NCBI GenBank assembly: GCA_016206805.1
Contig: JACQQX010000054.1
Coordinates: forward strand, 3,743-67,742
DNA length: 64,000 bases
DNA from: Candidatus Omnitrophota bacterium
GTDB lineage: Bacteria > Omnitrophota > Gorgyraeia > 2-02-FULL-51-18
Reading direction: 5' to 3'
This document shows positions 1 through 11,294 of this stretch, piece after piece. The first letter of the stretch is position 1; each line of letters starts with the position of its first letter. Made by a program: the position numbers and the translations under genes. The notes under the pieces are model-generated. The model made no database searches, had not been told where the DNA came from, and was given only the letters and a program-made list of their open reading frames with translations.

Positions 1-378
1 CACCGAAAAACCGACGCGCGTCAAAACCGGCAGATCGATCAAATCATCGGCCATGTAGCATACTTCTTCGGGGCCAACCTTAAATTTCTTGAGAATCTTC
101 TCAAACACCTTCAGCTTATCATGCGCGTTCTGATACAGCTTCACAACCTGAATCTCTTTGGCGCGGCGCACATTGACGCGGGATTTCCGGCCGCTCAAAA
201 GAACCGTCCTGATTCCCGCCCGGCGCAGCATCACCATGCCATGACCATCCTGCGCATCAAAAAACTTGAGCTCATCGCCATGATCCCCGAGAACGATGCG
301 CCCATCGGTCATAACGCCGTCGATATCGACGATGACCAGCTTAACTTTATTAATCCGCTCTTTTAAATCCAATTCCAT
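1..378 (-). CDS. kdsC: 3-deoxy-D-manno-octulosonate 8-phosphate phosphatase KdsC, C-terminus cut by window edge
   Basis: Hand translation of the minus strand from ATG at 378..376 gives MELDLKERINKVKLVIVDIDGVMTDGRIVLGDHGDELKFFDAQDGHGMVMLRRAGIRTVLLSGRKS... It has the HAD DxDGV motif and a KdsC-like sequence, and lies directly downstream of kdsD/kdsA. It is absent from the ORF track because it runs off the window. Confidence 0.8.
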   Translation of the reverse strand, partial: MELDLKERINKVKLVIVDIDGVMTDGRIVLGDHGDELKFFDAQDGHGMVMLRRAGIRTVLLSGRKSRVNVRRAKEIQVVKLYQNAHDKLKVFEKILKKFKVGPEEVCYMADDLIDLPVLTRVGFSV

Positions 379-387
379 GTTGACCCT

Positions 388-455
388 GTCGTGAGTCGTG
401 GGTCGTGAGTGGTGGGCAAGCGTTTGCTCACGACCCACGACTCACCCCTCACGAC
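388..455. repeat. Family R1 GC-rich long hairpin (copy a), built from GTCGTGAG-type units
   Basis: GTCGTGAGTCGTGGGTCGTGAG (388..409) pairs with CTCACGACCCACGACTCAC (428..446). It fills the kdsD-kdsC spacer. A related copy lies at 24050..24117. Confidence 0.8.
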
Positions 456-459
456 TGTT

Positions 460-1422
460 CTAAACAATACCCGCCTTTAAAAGGTCCTGCACGTCCAAAA
501 GGCCGATGGGCTTATGCCGGGAATCCACCACCGGCACTTCGTCGATCTTTTTTAAACGTAAAATCTCAAGCGCTTCGGCCGCCAAGCGCGACGGACCGAT
601 GGTCACGGGCCTGGGCGTCATCACGCGCGAAACCGCGCATTCCAAAAGCACGTCCTCTTTGCCTTTCAAATGCCGCCGCAAATCACCATCCGTAAAGATT
701 CCTTTGAGTTTTCCTTTGGCGTCCACCACCGTCGCCGATCCGGCGCGGGCCCTGGTGATGCGAAAAAGCACTTCCTTCACTTTCATGGTTTCGGGAACCA
801 CGGGGTTATCCCTGCCTTTTCGCATGATGTCGGAAACGCGCAGCAACAGTTTTTTGCCTAACTGGCCGCCGGGGTGATAAAAAGCAAAATCTTCGGCCTT
901 GAAGCCTTTCCGCTCCAAAAGCTCCAGCGCCAGCGCGTCACCCATCGCCAACATCACGGTGGTTGAGGCCGTCGGCGCAAGATTGAGCGGACAGGCTTCT
1001 TTTTTAACGCTCACATCCAGCGCCACGTCACTGGCCTTGGCCAGCGGCGACTTGGCGGCCCCGGTAAAAGAAATGAGTTTGGCGCCGATGCGGCGCACGA
1101 TGGGAAGAATTTTCAGAATCTCTTCGGTTTGACCGCTGCTGGAAAAAGCCAGCACCACGTCGTCTTTGGTGACGCGGCCCAGATCCCCGTGGAGCGCTTC
1201 GGCCGGATGAAGAAAAAGTGAAGGCGTTCCGGTGGAAGAAAGTGTCGCGGATATTTTTTGGGCGATGAAGCTGGGCTTGCCCATGCCGGTCACGACCACG
1301 CGGCCTTTGGATTTTAAAATCAGCGCGCAGGCTTTTTCAAAATGACCGTCGATGCGGTTTATGACATTGGATAGCGCGTCGCGCTCAATCCGAATCACAT
1401 CCTTGGCCACCCTGATCGTCAT
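460..1422 (-). CDS. kdsD: arabinose-5-phosphate isomerase (SIS + tandem CBS domains)
   Basis: 320 aa. SIS motif [41 protein letters not shown] and C-terminal CBS pair. ATG start; 4-nt overlap with kdsA. Confidence 0.9.
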   Translation of the reverse strand: MTIRVAKDVIRIERDALSNVINRIDGHFEKACALILKSKGRVVVTGMGKPSFIAQKISATLSSTGTPSLFLHPAEALHGDLGRVTKDDVVLAFSSSGQTEEILKILPIVRRIGAKLISFTGAAKSPLAKASDVALDVSVKKEACPLNLAPTASTTVMLAMGDALALELLERKGFKAEDFAFYHPGGQLGKKLLLRVSDIMRKGRDNPVVPETMKVKEVLFRITRARAGSATVVDAKGKLKGIFTDGDLRRHLKGKEDVLLECAVSRVMTPRPVTIGPSRLAAEALEILRLKKIDEVPVVDSRHKPIGLLDVQDLLKAGIV

Positions 1423-2231
1423 TTTTCGACAACCTCTTTCAATTTCAAAAGACGCGCCAGAAGCCGCTCGAGGTCTTTCAATCGCACCATATTCGGTCCA
1501 TCGCTGGGGGCGTGGTCAGGATCTTCATGCACTTCCATGAAAACACCGTCCGCGCCCGCCACCACCGCCGCCTGCGCCAAAACCGGCACGAAACGCCGCT
1601 CCCCGCCGGTGCTTTCTCCGCGCCCGCCCGGCTGTTGCACCGAATGCGTGGCGTCAAACACCACCGGATAGCCCAATTCCTTCATAATCGGAATGGCTCT
1701 GAAATCACTTACAAGCGTATTATAACCGAAAGAAGTCCCGCGTTCGGTAAGAAGAATGCGGTCATTGCCCGCCGAGGCGATCTTTTTGGCGACATTCCCC
1801 ATATCCCAAGGCGCCAGAAACTGGCCCTTCTTTACATTAACTACCTTCCCTGTCTGGGCCGCGGCCAAAAGCAGATCCGTCTGGCGGCATAAAAACGCGG
1901 GGATTTGAAGCACATCCACCGTGAGGGCCGCCTGACGCGCTTCTTCAGCGGTATGCGCATCGGTTAAAAGCGGTAATCCCGTTTCTTCTTTAACGCGGCG
2001 GAGAATATTTAAACCTGCTTCCATGCCCAGGCCGCGATACGATTTCACCGAAGTCCGGTTGGCTTTGTCATAACTGGATTTGTAAATCACGGGCATGTGA
2101 AGGCGTTTGGCGATCTTTTGAATGGCCTTGGCGTGCTTCAAAGCGCTGGGAAGATTCTCGATCGCGCAGGGACCCGCGATCAAAAATAAGGGGCAGCCTT
2201 CCCCCATTTTAATGGAATCGAGGCGGACCAT
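1419..2231 (-). CDS. kdsA: 3-deoxy-8-phosphooctulonate synthase
   Basis: 270 aa. Typical KdsA sequence ([34 protein letters not shown]). Confidence 0.92.
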   Translation of the reverse strand: MVRLDSIKMGEGCPLFLIAGPCAIENLPSALKHAKAIQKIAKRLHMPVIYKSSYDKANRTSVKSYRGLGMEAGLNILRRVKEETGLPLLTDAHTAEEARQAALTVDVLQIPAFLCRQTDLLLAAAQTGKVVNVKKGQFLAPWDMGNVAKKIASAGNDRILLTERGTSFGYNTLVSDFRAIPIMKELGYPVVFDATHSVQQPGGRGESTGGERRFVPVLAQAAVVAGADGVFMEVHEDPDHAPSDGPNMVRLKDLERLLARLLKLKEVVEK

Positions 2232-2235
2232 GATT

Positions 2236-4584
<2,349 letters not shown>

Positions 4585-4585
<1 letters not shown>

Positions 4586-5583
4586 TAGCCTTTTACCTCT
4601 TTCTTGATCCGCTTTAAAAGTTCTTCCTGAGAAGTGACGGCCACACCCACCTTGCCAACCACAATGCCGGCGGCGCAGTTGGAAATATGCGCGGCCTCGG
4701 AGGCGGTGGCCTTGGAAGCGCGGGCCAGGGTGTAAGCGCTGATCACCGTATCTCCCGCGCCGGAAACGTCAAAAACTTCCTGGGCAACCGTGGGAATTTT
4801 TTCCATTTTCCTGCCTTGCTGGAAAAGCGCCATTCCGTCTTCGCCGAGAGTGATCAATATCGACTCGCCTTTTAATTTTTCCAAAAGTTTCTGGCCGGCT
4901 TTTTCCAGCGTGTAATCGTCTTTAATCGTAAAACCCACCATGCTGGCCGCTTCATGGTGATTGGGGGTGATCGTCGTGACGCCCTTGTAATAAGAAAAAT
5001 GGGATTCTTTGGGATCAACGGTGATCACGCGGTTATGGCTCTTGGCCATTTTGACGCTCTCCCGCACGAGCCGCTCCACGATAACGCCCTTGCCGTAGTC
5101 TTCAATGATGAGCGCGTCGACTTCTGTTATTTTCTTGCGAATAAAATCAAGGATTTGATCCAGCACCGAATCCGGCACCGGCTGAAGTTCTTCGCGGTCG
5201 ATACGGACAACTTGCTGATGGTGAGCGATGACACGCGTTTTCTGCGTCGTGGGCCTTTTGTGGTCGGTGAATACGCCTTCGCAGTTCACGCCTTTTTTGT
5301 GAAGCTGGCTTCTCAAAATCTCGCCACGAGAATCGTCTCCCACCACACCCGCCAGGTGCGCTTCGCCGCCCAAACACCGGATATTATTGGCCACGTTGGA
5401 AGCCCCGCCCGGCATAAAGTTTTCCGAGTCCACCCACACCACAGGCACCGGCGCTTCCGGAGAAATCCGGGAAACTTTTCCCCAGATAAACTCATCCAAA
5501 ATGAGATCGCCGACAACAAGGACTTTGGCTTTATTAAAGCGGGAAATAACCTGACTTAAGCGAGCAAAATTAAGAAATTTCAT
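4585..5583 (-). CDS. hldA: D-glycero-beta-D-manno-heptose-7-phosphate kinase (RfaE domain I type, PfkB family)
   Basis: PfkB kinase with VLVVGDLILDEFIWG...SPEAPVPV and GAGDTV motifs. I prefer the ATG at 5583 (MKFLNF...). The ORF track extends to a GTG at 5601. Confidence 0.85.
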
Positions 5584-5621
5584 GACGCACCAGTCTATCA
5601 CCCGCCATTCGGCAGTGTCAA
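5584..5621 (-). promoter_or_regulatory. candidate sigma70-type promoter for the heptose kinase operon, very short leader
   Basis: Minus strand reads TTGACA (5621..5616), 18 nt, TAGACT (5597..5592), 8 nt, ATG (5583). Confidence 0.3.
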
Positions 5622-5680
5622 CGACCGGCGGTTTTACGAATTGCCTTGCGGACGAATCCTCCGATGATTTGTGGCTGAAA

Positions 5681-6106
5681 TTAGGCTGAAAGCTGCGCCG
5701 TCATTGTGATAGTGGCTTTGAGAAGTTTGGAGACCGGACACCCCTCTTTAGCCTCTTGAGCCGCCTTTTCAAAGACCGCTTCATCGGCTCCCGGGATTTT
5801 GGCGGACACGGTCAAATGGACTTTGGTAATCGTCCATCCGCTATCCAGCTTTTCCAGAGTGAGATCCGCCGCCGTCTCAACGCGTTCCGGCTTGATATTA
5901 GCGGAACCCAATTGAGCCGACAGAGCCATCGAAAAACAGGCCGCGTGCGCCGCGGCGATCAATTCCTCGGGATTGGTCCCTTTTTCATTTTCAAAACGCC
6001 TCCCAAATGAATACGGCGTTTGCGACAACACTCCGCTTTCCATGGAAACCGTGCCTTTTCCGTCTTTGAGCCCACCCGTCCAAACCGCTGAAGCTTTACG
6101 AATCAT
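5681..6106 (-). CDS. osmC: OsmC family peroxiredoxin
   Basis: 141 aa. OsmC pattern with the two conserved Cys (AAHAACFSMALS and EGCPVSKLL). Confidence 0.85.
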   Translation of the reverse strand: MIRKASAVWTGGLKDGKGTVSMESGVLSQTPYSFGRRFENEKGTNPEELIAAAHAACFSMALSAQLGSANIKPERVETAADLTLEKLDSGWTITKVHLTVSAKIPGADEAVFEKAAQEAKEGCPVSKLLKATITMTAQLSA

Positions 6107-6121
6107 GGCTTTTCCCTTTCT

Positions 6122-6544
6122 CTATCGTTGAATGCGTCCCAAGCGCGTCACTTCCCTAAAATGCATTTTATCCACCGGCTGAACCGACAACCGCGTCCCC
6201 CGCTTCGTCACCAACATCCCCTGGAGTTTTTTATCGGCTTTGAGCTCTTCCAACGCCACAAAGCGTTTGAATTTTTCCACAAACTCCACATCCACCATCA
6301 CCCACCCCGCCTCTTTGATAGTGGAATCAGGATACCCCTCTCTAACAACCCGACAAACCCCCGCTACCCCCGAAGGATCCGCATTCGAATGATAAAAAAG
6401 AACCAGATCGCTTTTACGCATCTGATCCCGCATAAAATTCCGAGCCTGATAATTCCGAACCCCCTCCCAAGAAGTAACCCCATCCCTCTCAAGATCATCA
6501 ATAGAATAAGTAGCAGGCTCGCTTTTCATTAACCAGTATTTCAT
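6122..6544 (-). CDS. EVE (PUA-like) domain protein
   Basis: 140 aa. MKYWLMKSEPATYSIDDL...WEGVRNYQARNFMR...VLFYHS is typical of the EVE/DUF55 family. Confidence 0.8.
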   Translation of the reverse strand: MKYWLMKSEPATYSIDDLERDGVTSWEGVRNYQARNFMRDQMRKSDLVLFYHSNADPSGVAGVCRVVREGYPDSTIKEAGWVMVDVEFVEKFKRFVALEELKADKKLQGMLVTKRGTRLSVQPVDKMHFREVTRLGRIQR

Positions 6545-6640
6545 CTAACATGTCCCTTTTTTCCCCAGTCCAGATAGGGTCTAGTATGCGGTATAAAACA
6601 GAGAGGGTGTGTCAATTGTCAACAACTGACACATAAAGTG

Positions 6641-6895
6641 TCATGCGGCTACCGCCACGCGGTGAATGATTTCTGAAAGATACGATTGGTAGGGGATCCC
6701 CTTGGACCCGGCCAATCGCTTGATCCGACTGATGTCATTGCTGTTGACGCGAATCGTGAGCGTCCTGTCCTTTTTCCTAGCGGCGATGGAGTCGGCGACT
6801 TCACGCAGTTCCCTGCCGGTCACGGGCATGAACTCATCGCGCTCAATCGCGGCCATGATCCTTTTTTCTTCGGCGTTCAATCTGATTTTTTTCAT
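6641..6895 (-). CDS. brnA: BrnA-type antitoxin (RHH/CopG-like), pair 1
   Basis: 84 aa. C-terminal LTIRVNSNDISRIKRLAGSKGIPYQSYLSEIIHR matches the BrnA (COG3514-like) pattern. 4-nt overlap with the upstream toxin gene. Confidence 0.75.
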   Translation of the reverse strand: MKKIRLNAEEKRIMAAIERDEFMPVTGRELREVADSIAARKKDRTLTIRVNSNDISRIKRLAGSKGIPYQSYLSEIIHRVAVAA

Positions 6896-7152
6896 CCTAA
6901 GCCTCCTTTTAAATGTTTTTTCGTGTGTTTGCGGCTCGGAAAAGCCGTCTTGAGAAAATAAACGTTCTTTTCCTCCACGTACGGAACGACCCAGACGTAA
7001 CGCCGAAATTCAAATAGCATAAGCCGCTGGTGCGGTTTCGAGGGATGCTTCTCAATGCCAACGAATCTTGAACCAACCAGTCGCTCAAAAGAAACGCCCC
7101 TTTCTTTTCTCAATTGTTCGTTCTTTTCGAGGCTCCATCGAAACTCCTTCAC
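6892..7152 (-). CDS. brnT: BrnT-type (DUF497-like) toxin, pair 1
   Basis: 86 aa. FRWSLEKNEQLRKERGVSFE...VWVVPYVEEKNVYFLKTAFPSRKHTKKHL. GTG start. Toxin-first order as in BrnTA. Paralog at 48167..48454. Confidence 0.7.
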   Translation of the reverse strand: MKEFRWSLEKNEQLRKERGVSFERLVGSRFVGIEKHPSKPHQRLMLFEFRRYVWVVPYVEEKNVYFLKTAFPSRKHTKKHLKGGLG

Positions 7153-7188
7153 GGATTCAAATATATCATATTACATATGTAAATACAA
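7153..7188 (-). promoter_or_regulatory. candidate brnTA-1 promoter/operator in an AT-rich palindromic region
   Basis: Minus strand reads TTGTAT, 17 nt, TATATT, 7 nt, GTG start. The region contains the palindrome TTACATATGTAA and the related ATTACATTTGTA. Confidence 0.3.
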
Positions 7189-7221
7189 ATGTAATCATAT
7201 TCAGTCAGATCCCGCATTCCT

Positions 7222-7288
7222 TATCGCCTGAAGGTTAATAACCGTCATCTGTCAGCGATCTCCACTATCTTACGCTTGGCCTTATGCC
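7222..7288 (-). pseudogene. displaced remnant of the DUF167 3' end plus the first 9 codons of a cupin-like gene (direct repeat copy A)
   Basis: 59/67 nt identical to 8332..8398. Encodes ...SGHKAKRKIVEIADR* followed by MTVINLQAI..., compared with SGHRAKRKIVEIATR* and MTAINLQAI in the intact genes. Confidence 0.75.
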
Positions 7289-7295
7289 CTGAAAA

Positions 7296-7384
7296 ATGGG
7301 GGAAATGGGGGTCTGAAATGGGGGTCATCTGAAATGAAATGGGGGTCAAAATGGGGGTCAAATCTTTTTCTGACTGCATGTTTG
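7296..7384. repeat. cluster of five ATGGGGG(TC) short repeats followed by a 27-nt motif GGGGTCAAATCTTTTTCTGACTGCATG
   Basis: ATGGGGG starts at 7296, 7305, 7318, 7339 and 7351. The motif at 7354..7380 recurs twice in tandem at 32815..32873. Confidence 0.8.
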
Positions 7385-7396
7385 CATTTTTTGATT

Positions 7397-7732
7397 TCAG
7401 AAAAAACAAGTTTCTAAAATACCCAGCGCCTCGTTCAGGAATTCCGAGGACGCGCGCTCGACATATTTGATCTTGCGGCTGCGATAATCGATGGACTTGA
7501 CCTGGTCCACCATGACCCATCCGGTCAAAGAGGATTGGGGCGGGATCGGGACATGAAAGGGAATTTTCCGATCCGTGTTGGTGATAGGGCAGGCTACAGC
7601 GAATCCCGTGTGCTTATTGAATAAATCATTGCTGACGATCAGTGCCGGCCTTCTTCCTTTTTGCTCATGACCGGCCTGAGGGTCAAACGTCAAAATAACC
7701 AGGTCCCCCTTTTTGGGGATATAGCCGGGCAC
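7397..7732 (-). CDS. mazF: MazF/PemK family endoribonuclease toxin
   Basis: 111 aa. PKKGDLVILTFDPQAGHEQKGRRPALIVS...CPITN is the typical PemK/MazF fold signature. GTG start directly after the mazE stop. Confidence 0.88.
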   Translation of the reverse strand: MPGYIPKKGDLVILTFDPQAGHEQKGRRPALIVSNDLFNKHTGFAVACPITNTDRKIPFHVPIPPQSSLTGWVMVDQVKSIDYRSRKIKYVERASSEFLNEALGILETCFF

Positions 7733-7978
7733 TTACCAGGCTTCCTTTCCCACCGCTTTTCCCCACTCCTCCCGGCTAGGCCTATAGTTTTTCGGCATTT
7801 GGGCGACCAGTTGACGGAGACTGTATTTTCCGCGCACTCTGACCGGCTGAACAAGAATGGCCCCTTTTTGGACACTCACCTCCACCGCGTCACCGACAGC
7901 GACATGGGCCTTTTCCAGCACGTCTCTACTCACCCGTAACCCCTGACTGTTTCCCCATTTCTGAATTTTAGTCACCAT
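7733..7978 (-). CDS. mazE: MazE antitoxin (AbrB/SpoVT domain)
   Basis: 81 aa. TKIQKWGNSQGLRVSRDVLEKAHVAVGDAVEV is a swapped-hairpin AbrB/MazE motif. AGGAGG lies upstream of the ATG. Confidence 0.88.
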   Translation of the reverse strand: MVTKIQKWGNSQGLRVSRDVLEKAHVAVGDAVEVSVQKGAILVQPVRVRGKYSLRQLVAQMPKNYRPSREEWGKAVGKEAW

Positions 7979-7994
7979 GCTTATTCCTCCTAAT

Positions 7995-8034
7995 GGCTAT
8001 ACCAAGTATAGCCTATTCAAGATCTTCTTGTCAA
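7995..8034 (-). promoter_or_regulatory. mazEF promoter with overlapping palindromic operator
   Basis: Minus strand reads TTGACA (8034..8029), 18 nt, TATACT (8010..8005). The palindrome GGCTATAC-N3-GTATAGCC (7995..8013) overlaps the -10. The SD AGGAGG follows. Confidence 0.55.
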
Positions 8035-8076
8035 GCCGCTACCGCGGCCATAGCGATTTTAAATGTAGCCCCCTCT

Positions 8077-8358
8077 CTATCTCCCAAAATACCCGTAAAG
8101 CCAGCGGGAGGTGGAGTCGCTGAGGTTGCGGACAGAGTGGACGGTTTTTGCCGGAATCAAAACTTCTTTGCCGCGTGGCGGGCAGGATTTCTTGCCTTGC
8201 ATTTCTAGTTCTACATTCCCTTCCAAGACCAGGAAGAGCTCATCGGTGTCGTGAACATAGTTTTCCCAGACCTGCCCCGGCGGGTCGGTCCAGACAGCGA
8301 AGCTAAAGCCGCGCGCTTTCCAGTCTTTTTGTATCGCCTGAAGGTTAATAGCCGTCAT
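8077..8358 (-). CDS. small cupin domain protein
   Basis: 93 aa. Cupin_2-like core HDTDELFLVLEGNVELEM...IPAKTVHSVRN. Confidence 0.7.
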   Translation of the reverse strand: MTAINLQAIQKDWKARGFSFAVWTDPPGQVWENYVHDTDELFLVLEGNVELEMQGKKSCPPRGKEVLIPAKTVHSVRNLSDSTSRWLYGYFGR

Positions 8359-8398
8359 CGTGTAGCGATCTCCACTATCTTGCGCTTGGCCCTATGGC
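8332..8398. repeat. direct repeat copy B (DUF167 3' end / cupin 5' end junction)
   Basis: Pairs with 7222..7288, exactly 1110 bp away (59/67 identity). Confidence 0.8.
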
Positions 8399-8579
8399 CA
8401 GAGACGATGGTGACGAGCGACTTGGGCACGCCAAAGCGCTCTTTAAGCGCCCGAATAACCGCCTCATTGGCCAACCCCTCCCGGGGCGGCGCCTTCACGG
8501 TGACGCGATAATGCTTCTCATCGATTTTCTCAACCGACTCCCTCTTAGAGCCCGCCTTCACCTGGACGGATATTTTCAT
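8355..8579 (-). CDS. DUF167 (YggU) family protein
   Basis: MKISVQVKAGSKRESVEKI...VKAPPREGLANEAVIRALKERFGVPKSLVTIVSGHRAKRKIVEI. I prefer the ATG at 8579, which forms an ATGA overlap with the upstream gene stop. The ORF track extends to 8639. Confidence 0.8.
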   Translation of the reverse strand: MKISVQVKAGSKRESVEKIDEKHYRVTVKAPPREGLANEAVIRALKERFGVPKSLVTIVSGHRAKRKIVEIATR

Positions 8580-9346
8580 GAAGTCTCTTGAGCTAGGACG
8601 CCGGTAACAGGACCGAAAGGGGTGCTTAAGGTGATCCAAACGGGGGTTCTTTGCGGGTCTGTGGAGAAATAAACCCAGGCTCGGCCGCGGACGTAGAGTA
8701 TGCCTTTTAGGCGCGTTTTGGGTTCTACTTTGAAGGTGTTGAAGGATTGGCCGTTTCGGAGTTCGCGGGGTTCTTGGGTTTGGACTTCTAGTTCAAGGTC
8801 CCAGTTTTTTTCTTCGCTGTTCACTATCGTGTGAATCTTGTCCCCTACTTTGGCCGGTTGCAACCGAAACCAATAGAAAGCGCTCAAGAGATCATGCGTG
8901 GGGCGTTCCAACGGAAACTCTTTTTTACTTTTATTCCACAGGGACTCGTAAAAACCCTTCTTCTCTTTCCAATCGTAAATGATTCGCTCGTCAGCGCGGT
9001 ATTTGCCCTCGCTGAGTGTTTTGTTGAACTCCAGCGAATGAAAAGTCTCAGCGTCCATGAAGCTATGGATTTCATCGTGAACCGGATAGAGTTTGGATAA
9101 GAAAGCGTTTGTGCCGGCTGTGGCTACCAAGTGATAGGCTTGTCGGCCCTGGCGCTCAACTTTTTCTTGAACTTCAAGCGTTCCGATGCCGATATGCGCG
9201 CCCATCCAGTAAACGTTATAAATAAGCTTTTCCCCCACCTGCGGCGCGGAAAGCGGTGGGGCTATTTCAAACTGAGTTGCTTTATTCGGGGAAAAATTGG
9301 CGATGAGGGCAAAAAGCGCGAGGGCGCAGAAGGTATTTTTTTTCAC
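8576..9346 (-). CDS. DUF3108 domain protein, secreted
   Basis: 256 aa. N-terminal signal peptide (MKKNTFCALALFALIANF) and a GEKLIYNVYWMGAHIGIGTLEV pattern typical of DUF3108. Confidence 0.65.
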   Translation of the reverse strand: MKKNTFCALALFALIANFSPNKATQFEIAPPLSAPQVGEKLIYNVYWMGAHIGIGTLEVQEKVERQGRQAYHLVATAGTNAFLSKLYPVHDEIHSFMDAETFHSLEFNKTLSEGKYRADERIIYDWKEKKGFYESLWNKSKKEFPLERPTHDLLSAFYWFRLQPAKVGDKIHTIVNSEEKNWDLELEVQTQEPRELRNGQSFNTFKVEPKTRLKGILYVRGRAWVYFSTDPQRTPVWITLSTPFGPVTGVLAQETS

Positions 9347-9350
9347 GCCT

Positions 9351-11294
9351 TCACTGGGGTTTCATTAACATATCGACGGCAGTGGCCGACACTTCTTCGG
9401 TTGAAATCGCTTTCAGACACTCGAAGTTGATCGTGCAGCGATGCGCTAGACACGTCACGCAGCCGACATCCTTTTGAATAATTCGGTGTCCGGCGCCCAG
9501 CGGTTTCCATCGCGCGGCGCTTAAACCCGCCGCATTGCGCCCAAAAAGAGTCAGAACCGGCGTACCCACCGCCGCCGCCACATGCACGGGACCGGAGTCA
9601 TTGGAGATCAGGAGCCGGCAGCTTTTAAGAAAAATAGTCAGCTCTCGTAAGCTCAAACGACCCGTCAAATCCACCACGCCGTCACCGAGCCGGCTAGACA
9701 AAGCCTTCCCCAACTCCATTTCTTCTTTTCCGCCGATAAGTGCGATTGGTAGACCAAGCTTTTCTTTTAATTGGCGCGCCAACTCCGCGTACCGCTCCTG
9801 GGGCCAGCGCTTGGAAGGACAGCTCGCCCCCGGATGCAAAGCGATCATGCCACCGGATTTTGGTTTTTGAATGTCATAGGCCGTCAGCGGGATCTCAAAT
9901 TTCTTATCGGGTGAGGACTGGACTCCAAATGCCCGGACAACATCGAGGGTGTATTCGGATTCATGGCGCTTTCCCTCATGCCGCCTATCCGCCGCCCGAT
10001 GCGTCAATAAAAACGGCAAACGAGAATCAAACCCTACGCGGTACGGGATTCCGGCCAAGGCCGGTAAAAGATGAGAGCGCGTGCTGGGATGCAGAATAAA
10101 AACCACGTCAAAATTCCGCCGGCGGATTTCCTTGAGAAATCGCCAGTAGCCCAAAAGCGACCGATGCCTGCCCCCTTTTTCGTAACGATAAGGGATGACT
10201 TCATCCAAAAGCGGGTGCCCCTGCAACAAGTCCTGAGTGTAAGAACGAGTCATCAGCGACAGGTGCGCGTTAGGAAATTGTTCTTTCACGGCCTCCACCG
10301 CCGGAAGCGACAACGCCAAGTCCCCGATCCGGTCCAGCCGGATAAAAAGAACTCGGAGACCACCTGAACTTTTCCATTCATGGCCCAGGAGACGCCTGGC
10401 CTGCTCATAAACTTCCAGCGGCAAAAGCTCGATCATGCATTCGTGATGATAACGGCACTGGGCCTTTTCGCAAGGCGCGCAAAAAAGCGGCTTTCTCAAA
10501 GCAATGCTATGACCGGACCGCGGACCATACTTGCGGGGATCCGTCGGACCAAATAATGCCAACGTCGGAATATCCATCGCGTCGGCAATATGAAGCGGCG
10601 CGCTGTCATTGGTCACCACCAAAGAAGCGGCGCGAATCACGGATTTTAATTCCTCAAAACTTGTCTTGCCGCATAGATCCAGCGCCGCGTGCTTCATAAG
10701 GCTTTTTACTTTTTCCGCGTCTGGGGCGTCCTGTTTGTCGCCGACAAGCGCGATATCACAATCCTCATTCACAGCCAGGCGGTCGAGAAGCTCAGCATAA
10801 TATTCCGCCGGCCATTTTTTGATGTCACTTTTAGAGCCGATGGCCGCGACAACCAAACGCTTTTCTCCGTCAAAAAGTTTGGAGGGCGCCACAGAAAGAA
10901 GCGGTCCATCCGGTAATGAAGTATCCGCGATGCCCTCTAGCGCCGCCAGATGCCGCCGCGCCCGGTGCATCGACTGTTTGCGGAATAAAAAATAATTGTT
11001 CCGGCGTTTTGCCCCACCCAAAAGTCCGATCAGCGAATGACGCAAGTCGATAATGGTGTCATAGCGCTCCTCGCGAATCTTCGCCAGAAAACCAATCTTG
11101 CCGATCAACGAAATTTTTTTATTGTAGGGAATGAGTTTTTGCACGCGCGGGTCGGACTCCAGAACCACAGCAGCGGAGGGACTAGCCACCGCATGGATCT
11201 GAACTTCAGGGGATTGACGCTTAAGCGCCTCAAAAACCGGCAGCGTCAGAACAACATCGCCTAAGTTGGAAAGTGTAACAACAAGGATTTTCAT
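9351..11294 (-). CDS. tandem double GT9 glycosyltransferase (two heptosyltransferase-like domains in one polypeptide)
   Basis: 647 aa. Two GT9 N-termini: MKILVVTLSNLGDVVLTLPVFEALK... and LRVLFIRLDRIGDLALSLPAVEAVK... Two NDSxPxH(I/V)A motifs. Each half ends in a Cys-rich motif. Confidence 0.85.
   Translation of the reverse strand: MKILVVTLSNLGDVVLTLPVFEALKRQSPEVQIHAVASPSAAVVLESDPRVQKLIPYNKKISLIGKIGFLAKIREERYDTIIDLRHSLIGLLGGAKRRNNYFLFRKQSMHRARRHLAALEGIADTSLPDGPLLSVAPSKLFDGEKRLVVAAIGSKSDIKKWPAEYYAELLDRLAVNEDCDIALVGDKQDAPDAEKVKSLMKHAALDLCGKTSFEELKSVIRAASLVVTNDSAPLHIADAMDIPTLALFGPTDPRKYGPRSGHSIALRKPLFCAPCEKAQCRYHHECMIELLPLEVYEQARRLLGHEWKSSGGLRVLFIRLDRIGDLALSLPAVEAVKEQFPNAHLSLMTRSYTQDLLQGHPLLDEVIPYRYEKGGRHRSLLGYWRFLKEIRRRNFDVVFILHPSTRSHLLPALAGIPYRVGFDSRLPFLLTHRAADRRHEGKRHESEYTLDVVRAFGVQSSPDKKFEIPLTAYDIQKPKSGGMIALHPGASCPSKRWPQERYAELARQLKEKLGLPIALIGGKEEMELGKALSSRLGDGVVDLTGRLSLRELTIFLKSCRLLISNDSGPVHVAAAVGTPVLTLFGRNAAGLSAARWKPLGAGHRIIQKDVGCVTCLAHRCTINFECLKAISTEEVSATAVDMLMKPQ

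Noticed and set aside
6609-6636. The inverted repeat TGTGTCAATT-N6-AACTGACACA (plus strand 6611..6636) with an embedded TTGACA downstream of brnA-1, as a defined terminator or operator.
   Set aside because: The arms are only 10 bp with a mismatch. There is no U-tract, and I could not place a convincing -10 box. This is too weak to call, although it may contribute to the EVE/osmC promoter region.
7245-7520. A 91-aa minus-strand ORF spanning the mazF 3' end, the GGGGTC repeats and the DUF167 remnant.
   Set aside because: The reading frame is stitched together from a repeat cluster (..MQSEKDLTPILTPISFQMTPISDPHF..) and the 15-codon DUF167 3' remnant, and it overlaps mazF. It is an artefact of the duplication and not a gene.
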